Shown here: one piece after another, positions 11,337-21,749 of the stretch
Layout of the letters: each line of letters begins with the position of its first letter
Position numbering within the stretch: the first letter of the stretch is position 1
NCBI GenBank assembly: GCA_964553335.1
Contig: CAZKKW010000005.1
Span: forward strand, 11,199 to 55,246
Direction: 5' to 3'
Source of the DNA: an uncultured Hyphomicrobiales bacterium
GTDB lineage: Bacteria; Pseudomonadota; Alphaproteobacteria; Rhizobiales; JACESI01
DNA length: 44,048 bases
Notes under the pieces: generated by a model
What the model was told of the DNA's origin: nothing
What the model saw: the letters and a program-made list of their open reading frames with translations, nothing else
Database searches by the model: none
Position numbers and translations under genes: made by a program

Positions 11337-12152
11337 CTATGCCGCACATAATTTTCTCTCACGCTGGATAACTTCGGACGCAAGTTTCAAATAAGCCTGA
11401 CTTCCTGAGCACTTGAAATCATACAACAAGGCCGGCTTACCATAGGACGGGGCTTCAGAAACACGAACATTGCGTGGGATCACAGTTTTATAAACTTTAT
11501 CGCCCATATAATCACGGACATCAGCCACAACTTGGCCTGAAAGATTATTACGAGCGTCATACATTGTAAGAACGATACCATGAATAGTGAGATCTGAATT
11601 AACGGTCTGTTTTACCTGCTCAACGGTTTTGAGCAATTGACTCAAACCCTCTAGCGCAAAGAACTCACACTGCAATGGCACCAAAATGGACTGTGATGCT
11701 GCCAAAGCGTTGATCGTAAGCAAATTCAAAGAAGGCGGACAATCGATAAGGAGATAGTCGAAAGGCACGCCTTCGGCATCAATAACACCACTCTCAACAC
11801 TTTTTCGAATACGAAACGCGCGATCTTCAGCGCTGGCAATTTCCATCTCAACACCCAAGAGATCGAGAGTTGACGGCGCGACAGAGAGGCGAGGGACGTC
11901 AGTTTCAACAACAACTTCCGACAGGCTATTGTTGCCAACCAACACATCATAGGTTGAGCGCTCTCGCTTTGAGCGATCCAAACCCACACCAGTGCTGGCG
12001 TTGCCTTGCGGATCCATATCCACAATAAGGACGCGCTCGCCAATAGCGGCAAGGGCAGTGCCCAAATTTATCGCCGTTGTCGTCTTACCAACACCGCCCT
12101 TTTGATTGGCAACGGTAATAACCCGCGGCTTTTTAATTTGAGTGGAAGACAT
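11337..12152 (-). CDS. parA: Chromosome partitioning ATPase ParA
   Basis: Deviant Walker A NQKGGVGKTTT and the VLIVDMDPQGN motif. Sits in the rsmG-parA-parB order. Confidence 0.95.
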   Translation of the reverse strand: MSSTQIKKPRVITVANQKGGVGKTTTAINLGTALAAIGERVLIVDMDPQGNASTGVGLDRSKRERSTYDVLVGNNSLSEVVVETDVPRLSVAPSTLDLLGVEMEIASAEDRAFRIRKSVESGVIDAEGVPFDYLLIDCPPSLNLLTINALAASQSILVPLQCEFFALEGLSQLLKTVEQVKQTVNSDLTIHGIVLTMYDARNNLSGQVVADVRDYMGDKVYKTVIPRNVRVSEAPSYGKPALLYDFKCSGSQAYLKLASEVIQRERKLCAA

Positions 12153-12177
12153 GCATCGATCCTTTACAACTACATAC

Positions 12178-12849
12178 TCAAGAGGTCTTGCGCCTTATGG
12201 CCCCAATTTCCGCAATGACACCGTCAGTTTGGTCTTTACCTGGAAGAGCCTGACTATGTTTTACCAAATCAAAATCAAATATGTTAGCAGCTTCTGCGAT
12301 CTCCCCATTGATATCCCGACCTTTGTGAAAAAAACACACCGAACCCTTTGACACATAATTTTCACTAAAGGCTAGGAGGTTTTTAAGCGCTGTAACCGCT
12401 CTGGCCGATATGAAATCAGGTTTGAGATCTGATTTCTCAACAAATTCTTCAATCCGCGAAGAGTGCACAACAGCATTGATGCCTGTTTCTCGAATGACGG
12501 TTCGCAAAAACGCCACTTTCCGCTTATTGCTTTCAACCAAATGGACAACTGAGGATGGATCATCTGCATTCAATTGTTTTTGCAAAATAGCGGTAACAAG
12601 GCCCGGAAATCCTGCCCCGCTGCCAAAATCAAGCCAGACACCCTTTGGTCCATTGATCTTAATGAGCGCGGAACTGTCGCAGATATGTCGAACCCAAAAA
12701 TGCGCGAGTGTTTCACGTGAAACAAGATTCTGTGCTGGTTGCCATTTTAAGATCAAAGAATAGTAGTGATCAAACCGTTCAATCGTTTCGTTTCCGACTC
12801 CAAATTCATCAATCAGAAATTGGCGGCCAATATTTGCATCATCATTCAT
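12178..12849 (-). CDS. rsmG: 16S rRNA (guanine527-N7)-methyltransferase RsmG (GidB)
   Basis: SAM-binding motif LDFGSGAGFPGL. Sits in the conserved mnmG-rsmG-parA order, with its start 3 nt after the mnmG stop. Confidence 0.9.
   Translation of the reverse strand: MNDDANIGRQFLIDEFGVGNETIERFDHYYSLILKWQPAQNLVSRETLAHFWVRHICDSSALIKINGPKGVWLDFGSGAGFPGLVTAILQKQLNADDPSSVVHLVESNKRKVAFLRTVIRETGINAVVHSSRIEEFVEKSDLKPDFISARAVTALKNLLAFSENYVSKGSVCFFHKGRDINGEIAEAANIFDFDLVKHSQALPGKDQTDGVIAEIGAIRRKTS
12709..12724. promoter_or_regulatory. parS: parS centromere-like site (perfect 16-bp palindrome) inside rsmG
   Basis: TGTTTCACGTGAAACA read directly from the sequence. It is identical to the canonical chromosomal parS consensus. 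On the minus strand it encodes L-V-S-R-E-T of RsmG. Confidence 0.85.
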
Positions 12850-12851
12850 AG

Positions 12852-14711
12852 CTAGGCTGCCGCGCGCCTCTTGATAAAGGCCAGCAATAATGACAAAGCC
12901 GCTGGCGTAACGCCATCAATTCTAGCCGCCTGCGCTATGGTCTCTGGTTGCACCGCTTTTAATTTCTGAACAACCTCATTAGAAAGACCTGCAATTTCAT
13001 CAAACGCCAAGCCATCAGGTAATTTCATCGCCTCGTCACGCTTCAAAGCAACCACATCAGCCTTCTGTCTTTCAATATAAACCGCATATTTCGCATCAAT
13101 TTCCAATTGCTCCTGAAGCTCAACATCATAATCGTTGAATTCAGGCCAATGCTCTTTAATGGTTTCTATCGTAACGTCTGGAAATGAGAGAATATCAAAC
13201 AAACGCCGTCGCACGCCATCCTGATTGATCTTAAATCCTTTGGCTTGAGCTTCATTGGGCGTCAAAATTATTTTCTTTGCTCGATCTATGATCGATACCA
13301 ATGCAGCTTTCTTTCGTATGTAAGTCTCTTCTCGCTCAGTTGATACGCATCCGAATCGACTTCCTATCTCGGTCAATCTTTGATCCGCATTATCAGCGCG
13401 AATGGATAACCGATACTCAGCCCGCGAGGTAAACATACGATAGGGTTCACTCACACCTTTCGTTATCAAATCATCAATCAACACACCTATATAAGCATCT
13501 GATCGATCAAGAACCAAAGCCTCAAGCCCGCTACATTTGCGAGCGGCGTTTAACCCTGCCATAAGCCCTTGGGCGCCCGCCTCTTCATATCCTGTCGTCC
13601 CGTTAATCTGCCCCGCAAAATAGAGATTAGACACCCGTTTGGTTTCTAACGACGACTTCAATTCCCGCGGATCAATATAATCATACTCAATCGCATAACC
13701 AGGTTGCAAAATAGTAACATTCTCTAACCCTGGTATCGTCTTGATAAATTCAACCTGAACATCCTCAGGAAGCGATGTGGAGATTCCATTCGGATAAACT
13801 GTCGGATCATCCAACCCTTCCGGCTCTAGAAAGATTTGGTGACGATCACGGTCTTTAAAACGCACGATCTTGTCTTCAACCGACGGACAATAACGCGGCC
13901 CAACTCCATCTATCTGACCAGAGTACATGGCAGACTTGCCAATATTATCAGCGATGATTTGATGGGTTTTCTCATTTGTATACGTGATATGACACTCAAT
14001 CTGCGGCACATCAATCTGCTTATTCAAAAAAGAAAACGGTGTTGCTGGATCATCAGCTTGTTGCGCTTCTAGATTTGTATAATTGATCGTCCGACTATCA
14101 AGTCGCGCAGGTGTCCCCGTTTTCAGGCGTCCAACGGCAAAACCTTTATTATACAGGGTTTGGGCCAAGCCAATACTCGGTTTCTCTCCCATACGACCTG
14201 CAGCAATTTTCTTATCGCCGATATGAATCAATCCGTTCAAAAAAGTGCCCGTTGTTAAAACAACTGCACCAGCGGTTAGAATGCTACCATCAGCAAGAAC
14301 AACACCATTTACTTGACCTTCTTCGATAACGAGGTCTTCCACACCACCTTCAACCAATTCAAGATTATCAACTTCTTTAAGGGCTGCCTGCATCGCCTCA
14401 CGATAGAGCTTTCGGTCTGCTTGCGAACGCGGGCCGCGAACAGCCGGGCCTTTGCGGCGGTTTAACATACGAAATTGGATGCCCGATTTATCAATCACCC
14501 GACCCATTAGACCGTCTAGTGCATCGATCTCACGGACAAGGTGGCCTTTACCCAAGCCACCAATTGCCGGATTACACGACATAACGCCAATCTGGGATAA
14601 TTTATGAGAGACCAAAGCAGTATGCGCGCCAAAACGCGCAGCGCTGGCTGCGGCCTCACAACCAGCATGCCCCCCACCAATGACAATCACATCATAATTT
14701 TTTTGCGCCAT
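12852..14711 (-). CDS. mnmG: tRNA uridine-5-carboxymethylaminomethyl modification enzyme MnmG (GidA)
   Basis: FAD-binding N-terminus [15 protein letters not shown], 619 aa, GidA-type body ([18 protein letters not shown]). Confidence 0.97.
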   Translation of the reverse strand: MAQKNYDVIVIGGGHAGCEAAASAARFGAHTALVSHKLSQIGVMSCNPAIGGLGKGHLVREIDALDGLMGRVIDKSGIQFRMLNRRKGPAVRGPRSQADRKLYREAMQAALKEVDNLELVEGGVEDLVIEEGQVNGVVLADGSILTAGAVVLTTGTFLNGLIHIGDKKIAAGRMGEKPSIGLAQTLYNKGFAVGRLKTGTPARLDSRTINYTNLEAQQADDPATPFSFLNKQIDVPQIECHITYTNEKTHQIIADNIGKSAMYSGQIDGVGPRYCPSVEDKIVRFKDRDRHQIFLEPEGLDDPTVYPNGISTSLPEDVQVEFIKTIPGLENVTILQPGYAIEYDYIDPRELKSSLETKRVSNLYFAGQINGTTGYEEAGAQGLMAGLNAARKCSGLEALVLDRSDAYIGVLIDDLITKGVSEPYRMFTSRAEYRLSIRADNADQRLTEIGSRFGCVSTEREETYIRKKAALVSIIDRAKKIILTPNEAQAKGFKINQDGVRRRLFDILSFPDVTIETIKEHWPEFNDYDVELQEQLEIDAKYAVYIERQKADVVALKRDEAMKLPDGLAFDEIAGLSNEVVQKLKAVQPETIAQAARIDGVTPAALSLLLAFIKRRAAA

Positions 14712-14783
14712 AACACATCCATTAATCTGATTGCGTTGGTTTAGTTCATATTGGTAATAGCATCAATGATTCTTTGCGCCATA

Positions 14784-14799
14784 TGTTTCACGTGAAACA
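14784..14799. promoter_or_regulatory. parS: parS centromere-like site (perfect 16-bp palindrome), mnmE/mnmG intergenic
   Basis: TGTTTCACGTGAAACA, 7 nt from the mnmE stop codon and 72 nt upstream of the mnmG start. Confidence 0.85.
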
Positions 14800-14805
14800 A
14801 TATGG

Positions 14806-16173
14806 TTACTTGCCAATACAAAATTCTCTGAAGATCACGTCAAGCAGATCATCAACATCCACCCGACCGGTCACTTTGGCCAACAAATCCGCCGCCTTGC
14901 GTAATTCTTCCGCACGCAATTCAATCTCTGGCCTATCTATCAAGGCGCTCCTCAAACAGATAACGCATCCTTGTAGAGCGTTGCGGTGGCGCTCACGAAC
15001 AGCAATCAGCGATTCACCGTTTCCAGTTAGAGTTTTCGCTTTTTCCTGTAATCCCGAAAGCAACTCATCAACACCATCAACCGAAACATTCGAGATCAAA
15101 TAATTAAATCGGTTGCGAATCGATTGAAGTTCGTCTGCTGATAAGCTGTCAATCTTTGTCCCTATCACCAGAACATCGGTATCTAAGCGCTTCAAATCAT
15201 CCAACTCATGACTTTCAAGATCATCTGTATCCTGACAATCGACCAGATATAAAATCAAATCAGCTTCACTCAGACGGTTTCGTGCCCGCTCTACACCAAT
15301 CTTTTCAACTTCATCATCGGTTTCTCTTAATCCTGCCGTATCAGATAACCTCACAGCCACACCGGCAAGATCGAGATTCACATCTAAAATATCGCGGGTT
15401 GTTCCAGATTGAGCGCTAACAATAGCGACATCCCGCTTTGCCAAAACATTCAATAAGCTCGACTTTCCAGCGTTAGGTTTACCAGCCAACACGATATTCA
15501 CGCCGTCTCTTATCCGCTCTGCAAACCCAGAGCCAACAATCGCCTGCTCCAACTCCAGAACCAAGGCTTGAACCCGCGCCCAAACTTGATCAGAAACAGA
15601 GCCTGGGACATCGTCCTCATCTGGAAAATCAAATTCTGCTTCTAAATAGGAACGCAGGCGAATCAATTCCAAACGCCAGTTATCGTAAGTTTCAACCAGC
15701 CCACCGGCCGTTTGATATAACGCCAGCTGCCTTTGGCTCTCCGTTTCGGCTTGGATAAGATCAGCCAGGCCTTCAACAGCAACCAGATTGATCCTGTCTT
15801 CATAGAACGCCCGCTTCGTAAACTCTCCAGGCTCAGCTAACCGCAGGCCATCAATAAGAGATAGTTCACAAAGCACGGCTTCAACAACCGCACGACCACC
15901 ATGGCAATGTAGCTCGATCACATCTTCACCGGTAAAGCTGGCTGGGGCTTTGAAATACAAAACCAGTGCTTCATCAAGAAGCGAGCCACTGTTTGCACTA
16001 AAGAGCTTACGCACAACTGCTTTGCGCGGTTCCGGAATTGATACATGTAATGTTTCGAGGGCGAATCGACAATGAGGGCCAGAAAGCCGAATGACAGCCA
16101 CACCCGCAGGCGGGTGCCCACTGGATAAAGCATATATAGTATCTGATGAACCAAGGTCATACATAATATGCAA
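14806..16173 (-). CDS. mnmE: tRNA modification GTPase MnmE (TrmE)
   Basis: N-terminal DTIYALSS..AGVAVIRLSG, G-domain GKPNAGKSSLLN / DTAGLR, and the C-terminal CIGK tetrapeptide typical of MnmE. Start may be ATG 16164. Confidence 0.95.
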   Translation of the reverse strand: MHIMYDLGSSDTIYALSSGHPPAGVAVIRLSGPHCRFALETLHVSIPEPRKAVVRKLFSANSGSLLDEALVLYFKAPASFTGEDVIELHCHGGRAVVEAVLCELSLIDGLRLAEPGEFTKRAFYEDRINLVAVEGLADLIQAETESQRQLALYQTAGGLVETYDNWRLELIRLRSYLEAEFDFPDEDDVPGSVSDQVWARVQALVLELEQAIVGSGFAERIRDGVNIVLAGKPNAGKSSLLNVLAKRDVAIVSAQSGTTRDILDVNLDLAGVAVRLSDTAGLRETDDEVEKIGVERARNRLSEADLILYLVDCQDTDDLESHELDDLKRLDTDVLVIGTKIDSLSADELQSIRNRFNYLISNVSVDGVDELLSGLQEKAKTLTGNGESLIAVRERHRNALQGCVICLRSALIDRPEIELRAEELRKAADLLAKVTGRVDVDDLLDVIFREFCIGK

Positions 16174-16226
16174 TCCCTGTCGGTTTTAAATATTCCGGAT
16201 ACGAATCGAGTCTAAAGCAAATGCGA

Positions 16227-17492
16227 CTACGTATTCATTGATTCAAAGAACTCGTCATTATCTTTTGTCTGACGTAGCTTATCAATCAAGAATTCAATCG
16301 CATCAACAGAACCCATCGGATTCAAAATACGCCGCAGCACATACATCTTCTTCAACTGATCCTTATCAACCAAAAGCTCTTCTTTCCGCGTACCAGAACG
16401 CTGAATGTCAATGGCTGGGAAGATCCGTTTATCAGATGCCTTACGATCAAGAATAATCTCAGAGTTACCCGTGCCTTTGAATTCCTCAAAGATCACTTCA
16501 TCCATCCGACTACCAGTCTCAATAAGAGCAGTCGCGATGATCGTAAGCGATCCACCTTCTTCAATATTACGCGCTGCACCAAAGAAACGTTTAGGACGTT
16601 GCAGCGCATTCGCGTCAACACCGCCAGTTAGAACTTTACCAGAAGATGGGACAACCGTGTTATAGGCACGACCAAGACGGGTAATTGAATCGAGTAAGAT
16701 CACCACGTCGCGGCCATGCTCAACCAAACGCTTGGCTTTCTCAATCACCATCTCCGCCACCTGAACGTGTCGCTGCGCTGGTTCATCGAAGGTTGAGGAA
16801 ACCACCTCACCGTTCACCGTACGCTGCATATCGGTTACTTCTTCAGGACGTTCATCAATTAACAAAACAATCAAATAACACTCTGGATGGTTAGCCGTGA
16901 TCGATTTTGCGACATTCTGCAAGAAAACCGTCTTACCAGTTCTCGGCGGCGCCGTAATCAAACCACGTTGGCCTTTACCAAGGGGTGCCGCTATATCGAT
17001 CACTCGCGCAGAAAGGTCTTTTCCGGTCGGGTCAAGCACTTCCATCTTCAAACGCTCTTCCGGATAAAGCGGCGTCAAATTATCAAAATGAACTTTGTGG
17101 CGCGTCTTTTCAGGGTCTTCGAAATTTAGCGTATTCACCTTCAACAAAGCAAAATACCGCTCACCCTCTTTTGGGCTTCTAATTTGGCCTTCTACCGTAT
17201 CTCCAGTTCTCAAAGAGAACTTACGGATCTGCGTCGGTGAAACATAGATATCATCAGGACCTGGCAAATAGTTTGCGTCCGGCGATCTTAGAAAAGCAAA
17301 CCCATCTTGAAGAACCTCAACAACCCCTTGACCAATAATATCGATTTCTTCTTCAGCAAGCTGTTTTAGTATCGCAAACATTAATTCTTGTTTGCGCATT
17401 GTGCTTGCACCTTCAACATCATGCTCTTCAGCAAATGATAAAAGTTCTGTTGGCGACTTTTCTTTAAGCTCTTGAAGCTTCATCTCGCGCAT
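16227..17492 (-). CDS. rho: Transcription termination factor Rho
   Basis: N-terminal MKLQELK...EL..AE domain, RNA-binding domain, and Walker A PPRTGKT. An AGGTG SD precedes ATG 17492. Alternative starts are 17501 (GTG) and 17483. Confidence 0.97.
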   Translation of the reverse strand: MREMKLQELKEKSPTELLSFAEEHDVEGASTMRKQELMFAILKQLAEEEIDIIGQGVVEVLQDGFAFLRSPDANYLPGPDDIYVSPTQIRKFSLRTGDTVEGQIRSPKEGERYFALLKVNTLNFEDPEKTRHKVHFDNLTPLYPEERLKMEVLDPTGKDLSARVIDIAAPLGKGQRGLITAPPRTGKTVFLQNVAKSITANHPECYLIVLLIDERPEEVTDMQRTVNGEVVSSTFDEPAQRHVQVAEMVIEKAKRLVEHGRDVVILLDSITRLGRAYNTVVPSSGKVLTGGVDANALQRPKRFFGAARNIEEGGSLTIIATALIETGSRMDEVIFEEFKGTGNSEIILDRKASDKRIFPAIDIQRSGTRKEELLVDKDQLKKMYVLRRILNPMGSVDAIEFLIDKLRQTKDNDEFFESMNT

Positions 17493-17644
17493 GGCGGACA
17501 CCTATATTTCAAATTGAGATTGCTCAAAACGAGCGAGAAAGACAGGGAATAAACACCTATCTTAAAAAGGAGAGGTCTATCGGCTACATCATGATTGTGA
17601 GAATTTCAAGGAAAAACTAATACCTTGAGTTTCAATAGTGATGA

Positions 17645-18067
17645 TTAAAACGGTTTCACAACCACCAAAATGACAATCAAAACCATCAAAAGGGTCGGCA
17701 TCTCGTTTGCAAATCTGAAAAATTTCGCAGGGCGATTGTTCTGATCTGTAGCAAAATCCTTCACCCATCTAACGCAAAACATATGAAAAGCAGACATTAA
17801 AATAACCAGAAAGATCTTCGCATGGATCCATCCTTGTTCATGATGACTGCCTAAAATCATTAAGGCGATCCCAAAACCCCAAGTCGCTATCATCGCGGGC
17901 GTCATAATCGCTTTTAAAAGCCGGCGTTCCATCAGCTTAAAGGTCTCTGACTGCACGGAACCAACTTCAGCATCCACATGATAGACAAACAAACGCGGCA
18001 GATAAAAAATCGCTGCCATCCAACAAATTACAGAGATAATATGCCCTACAAGAACCCATTGATACAT
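17645..18067 (-). CDS. hemJ: Protoporphyrinogen oxidase HemJ-like membrane protein
   Basis: 140 aa with about four hydrophobic segments. HemJ/UPF0093-type N-terminus (VGHIISVICWMAAIFYLPRLFVYH). Lies directly downstream of hemE. Confidence 0.7.
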   Translation of the reverse strand: MYQWVLVGHIISVICWMAAIFYLPRLFVYHVDAEVGSVQSETFKLMERRLLKAIMTPAMIATWGFGIALMILGSHHEQGWIHAKIFLVILMSAFHMFCVRWVKDFATDQNNRPAKFFRFANEMPTLLMVLIVILVVVKPF

Positions 18068-18079
18068 CGGTGAACTTCC

Positions 18080-19114
18080 TTAGCCTTTAAACGAACGAAC
18101 TGTTTCAATCATCAGTTCAACATTCTCAATTGGTGTTGGCGGGGTAATACCGTGACCTAAATTAAAAATATGAGGGCCAGATTTTAGTTCCTCACAAATC
18201 CGCTGGGTTTGATCTTTTAACTTTGAACCGCCACCAATGAGAAGCAAGGGATCGAGATTTCCCTGGACACACGTCCTCGTTTGAATTTCTTCTCGCACAT
18301 AAGATAACGGCACCGTCCAATCGACACCAACCCCATTGATATCTGTCTCATCAATAAACTTAGGTAGCTTAACGCCTGCCCCTTTAGGAAAGCCGATAAA
18401 TCTTGTCCCTGGTTTTTCTGCTCTTACTTTTTCGATAATCTTTTGCAGCGGTCGAATACTAAATTGCTCAAAATCTCTTTCACCCAATACGCCCGCCCAC
18501 GTATCAAAAACTTGAAGACAATTAGCACCAGCATTCACCTGCTCAATTAAATACCGGCTAGAAGCCTCTATGAGGATATCTATCAGTTTTTGAAAAGCTT
18601 CAGGTTCCTTCATAGCAAAAATCCGCGCAGGCCCCTGATCAGGTGTTCCATGTCCGGCAATCATATAGGTCGCAACTGTCCAAGGCGCGCCGCAAAACCC
18701 AATAAGAGCCGTCTCAGTCGGAAGCTCGGAGCGCAAACCCGAAACTGTCTGAAAAACAGGTTGAAGGTGTTCTAAAATGCGTTCTACGCTCAACTGATCA
18801 ATATCTTCCTTAGAAATTGGTTCCAAGACAGGACCACGTCCTTCTTCAAAACGAACATCTTGTCCAAGGGCATCTGGAATGACCAAAATATCAGAAAACA
18901 ATATCGCAGCGTCAAAACCAAATCGGCGAATTGGCTGCATCGTTACTTCGATAGCGTGTTCTGGTGTGTAGCAAAGATTTAAAAAACTTCCTGCTTGTTT
19001 TCTCAGTTCTCGATACTCAGGAAGATAACGACCAGCTTGACGCATCATCCAAACAGGTGGGGTCTTAAAAGTTTTTCCATCAAGGCTATCAAGAAGCTTC
19101 ATCTTCATTTCCAT
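18080..19114 (-). CDS. hemE: Uroporphyrinogen decarboxylase
   Basis: PPVWMMRQAGRYLPEY signature near the N-terminus and a C-terminal FNLGHGI motif. Start may be one of three ATGs (19114, 19108, 19102). Confidence 0.95.
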   Translation of the reverse strand: MEMKMKLLDSLDGKTFKTPPVWMMRQAGRYLPEYRELRKQAGSFLNLCYTPEHAIEVTMQPIRRFGFDAAILFSDILVIPDALGQDVRFEEGRGPVLEPISKEDIDQLSVERILEHLQPVFQTVSGLRSELPTETALIGFCGAPWTVATYMIAGHGTPDQGPARIFAMKEPEAFQKLIDILIEASSRYLIEQVNAGANCLQVFDTWAGVLGERDFEQFSIRPLQKIIEKVRAEKPGTRFIGFPKGAGVKLPKFIDETDINGVGVDWTVPLSYVREEIQTRTCVQGNLDPLLLIGGGSKLKDQTQRICEELKSGPHIFNLGHGITPPTPIENVELMIETVRSFKG

Positions 19115-19650
19115 ACAATTGTTGATTCTCCGAACACATCGAAGGTGGCTGTTCTCTCATGATTTTTAACCTTCAAGCAACAAAAATAGAATCTTATTTT
19201 TTATGACTACTATTATTAGATAGGGGAATTTCGGGAATTAGATTCTGTTTACATCTTCGTTTTTAATCCACAGAAATGCACAAATGTGGAAACTCCAAGA
19301 TATGATGTTTTTAAAACTAAGAACAATCTCAATAACTATTTATTATCAATAGGTTACAGATATTAATAGATAACAATAAGACATTGATAACTCAAGAATG
19401 AATTGGCAAGTTTGAAATTCTCACGGTTTTCACAGTCTGTGAAGTTTTCTTGAAAGAGTATTTTCACTGGGGGCAATTTTTCGAATAATCTTGGATGAAT
19501 AATCAGCCCCGTTTTACCGATTATGTTTTTTCACAACTCCTACACAGGCTCCATCAAAAGCCGTGTACAAAAATCAGTTTTCCTTGCACGTTGAAATTGA
19601 ACGCTTTCACCGATATGTCTGCATAAGAATTTTGCAGAAAGCTGTATCTT
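19115..19650. other. oriC: Probable chromosomal replication origin (oriC)
   Basis: 536-bp non-coding gap, visibly more AT-rich than the flanks. Bordered by hemE, as at characterised alphaproteobacterial origins. Genes diverge from it on both sides (a long minus-strand run to the left, a plus-strand run to the right). DnaA-box-like 9-mers are present, and parAB with two parS sites lie 4-7 kb away. Confidence 0.6.
19264..19293. promoter_or_regulatory. Inverted pair of DnaA-box-like 9-mers
   Basis: TAATCCACA (8/9 to TTATCCACA) at 19264-19272 and TGTGGAAAC (7/9 to TGTGGATAA) at 19285-19293, 12 nt apart and facing each other. Weaker 7/9 matches are at 19343-19351 (TTATCAATA) and 19527-19535 (TTTTTCACA). 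Confidence 0.5.
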
Positions 19651-20253
19651 ATGTCCCTGATTTTAGCCTCGAAATCATCTGCCCGCGGCGCATTGTTAAA
19701 AAACGCTGGCCTTCAATTTGAAACGCAAGCCGCCGATATTGATGAACGTGCAATTGAATTGCCTCTTTTAAACTCAGATTTCGGACCAGCTGACATCGCG
19801 GAAGTGCTGGCAGAAGCAAAGGCGCTTGACGTTAGCAACCGTAATCCCGGTGCTTATGTTATCGGCGCGGATCAAACCATGAGCTTTAAAGATCAAGGTG
19901 AGCTTCATCGTTATAATAAGCCGGTTGATATGAAGGCTGCCCGCCAACAGCTTTTAGCCCTTCGTGGCCGCACCCATAATCTTCATGCCTCTATTTGCGT
20001 TGTCAAAGATGGGACGACTGTTTTTCGCTATAGTGATGATGCTCATATGACCATGCGTGATTTGACACCGGAATTTGTTGGTCGATATCTCTCACTGGTC
20101 GGCGATAGTGCGCTGCAAAGTGTCGGCTGTTATCAGCTGGAAGGGCCGGGCATTCAATTGTTTGAAAAAATCGAAGGCAGCTATTTTACAATTCTCGGGC
20201 TTCCGCTTTTACCTCTGCTTGATTTTCTAAGAACTGTCGGGGAGGTTGAATAA
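19651..20253 (+). CDS. maf: Maf-like nucleoside triphosphate pyrophosphatase
   Basis: N-terminal [13 protein letters not shown]...DIDE pattern typical of Maf. About 200 aa. Confidence 0.85.
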   Translation: MSLILASKSSARGALLKNAGLQFETQAADIDERAIELPLLNSDFGPADIAEVLAEAKALDVSNRNPGAYVIGADQTMSFKDQGELHRYNKPVDMKAARQQLLALRGRTHNLHASICVVKDGTTVFRYSDDAHMTMRDLTPEFVGRYLSLVGDSALQSVGCYQLEGPGIQLFEKIEGSYFTILGLPLLPLLDFLRTVGEVE

Positions 20254-21092
20254 TGACAAGTGAACCGATTAAAGCGGGCGTGATTGGTTGGCCAATCCAC
20301 CATTCGCGCTCACCTATCATCCATAATTATTGGCTAAAAGCGCAATCAATCAACGGACAATATGAAACGATCGCTGTTTCTCCTGAAGAGGCAGATAGCT
20401 TTTTCAAAGGCTTTAAAACATCTGGCCTTGCCGGCTTTAATATTACGCTTCCGCACAAAGAGGCGGTTATTCCTCATCTTGATTATGTTGATGAAGCGGC
20501 AACGGCGATTGGTGCTGTTAACACGGTGTGGCTTGAAGATGGTAAAATGTGCGGCAGCAATTCAGATTGGATCGGGTTTTCCGACAATCTCGATCATTTG
20601 GCCGCAGGTTGGGATCAGCAAAACGAACACGCATTGATCTTAGGCGCCGGGGGTGCGGCGCGTGGGGTTATCTATGCCCTTATAAAACGCGGATTTAAAA
20701 ATATAACGGTTGCGAATCGAACGTTAAGTCGCGCGGAAGAGCTGGCCCAACATTTTGGATCAACTGTAAAGGCGATCGAGCTTCAAAAAGCAGATCAACT
20801 CATTGAAAGTTCCACTCTCATTATCAATACAACCAGCCTTGGTATGGATAAAAATCCGCCCTTGCCCCTCACTTTGGAGGGAATAAAACCCAATTGTCTC
20901 GTAACCGATATCGTTTATACGCCACTTGAAACCCCTTTGATCAAACTGGCTAAATCGAAAGGTAACCAAACCGTCGACGGTCTTGGCATGTTGCTTCATC
21001 AGGCAAAAATGGGATCAAAGCTTTGGTTTGGTGGCGATCCAATTGTAACCGATGAATTACGCGCCATTGTGATGAAAGATATGGGGCTTTGA
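20253..21092 (+). CDS. aroE: Shikimate dehydrogenase
   Basis: [16 protein letters not shown]..., NITLPHK, and Rossmann motif GAGGAARG. Its start overlaps the maf stop by 1 nt. Confidence 0.9.
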   Translation: MTSEPIKAGVIGWPIHHSRSPIIHNYWLKAQSINGQYETIAVSPEEADSFFKGFKTSGLAGFNITLPHKEAVIPHLDYVDEAATAIGAVNTVWLEDGKMCGSNSDWIGFSDNLDHLAAGWDQQNEHALILGAGGAARGVIYALIKRGFKNITVANRTLSRAEELAQHFGSTVKAIELQKADQLIESSTLIINTTSLGMDKNPPLPLTLEGIKPNCLVTDIVYTPLETPLIKLAKSKGNQTVDGLGMLLHQAKMGSKLWFGGDPIVTDELRAIVMKDMGL

Positions 21093-21093
21093 T

Positions 21094-21678
21094 ATGATCA
21101 TCCTCGGTCTCACAGGATCAATCGGAATGGGAAAATCCACCACGGCAAATATGTTTCGCGAGATGGGCGTTCCTGTTCATGATGCTGACGCAACCGTGCA
21201 TGATCTCTATGAAAGTGAACTTGTCGCCCCTTTAGAAGCTGAATTTCCAGGCATTACACAAAATGGCACGATTGATCGTGCGGCCTTGTCAAAATATGTG
21301 GTTGGTAATGAAGCAGCGATGAAAAAACTCGAAGCCCTGGTTCACCCCGCTGTTCAGCAACGAGAAAAAGCCTTTCTATCTCAAGCAGAAAATGACGGCG
21401 TTCCCCTTGTTGTGTTAGACAATCCGTTGCTTTTTGAAATGGGTAGAAGTGAGCGTGTTGATAAAATACTGGTCGTCACAGCGCCAGAAAGTGTGCAGCG
21501 TGAACGGGTCTTGGCTCGCCCTGAAATGACGGTAGAAAAATTTGAACATATATTGGCCAGACAAACGGCAGACAGCGAAAAACGGCGCCGCAGCGATTTT
21601 ATTCTAGATACATCCCTCGGACTAGAAGCGGCAAAAGAGGCTGTTTCAAAAATCATCAAGCAATTATCCTCTGAATAA
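21094..21678 (+). CDS. coaE: Dephospho-CoA kinase
   Basis: P-loop [12 protein letters not shown] at the N-terminus. About 194 aa. Sits in the aroE-coaE-dnaQ order. Confidence 0.9.
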   Translation: MIILGLTGSIGMGKSTTANMFREMGVPVHDADATVHDLYESELVAPLEAEFPGITQNGTIDRAALSKYVVGNEAAMKKLEALVHPAVQQREKAFLSQAENDGVPLVVLDNPLLFEMGRSERVDKILVVTAPESVQRERVLARPEMTVEKFEHILARQTADSEKRRRSDFILDTSLGLEAAKEAVSKIIKQLSSE

Positions 21679-21749
21679 GCCTTATTCACCTACATATTTC
21701 AGCCAATCATTGCATGAAGCAGACTATACTGATGAGAGCGAGGTGAGGT

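Noticed and set aside
19115-19650. CtrA binding sites (TTAA-N7-TTAA) in the putative origin
   Set aside because: Only half-sites were found (e.g. TTAA-N7-GCAA near 19166 and TTAA-N7-AACA near 19311). There is no full site, so CtrA control is not claimed.
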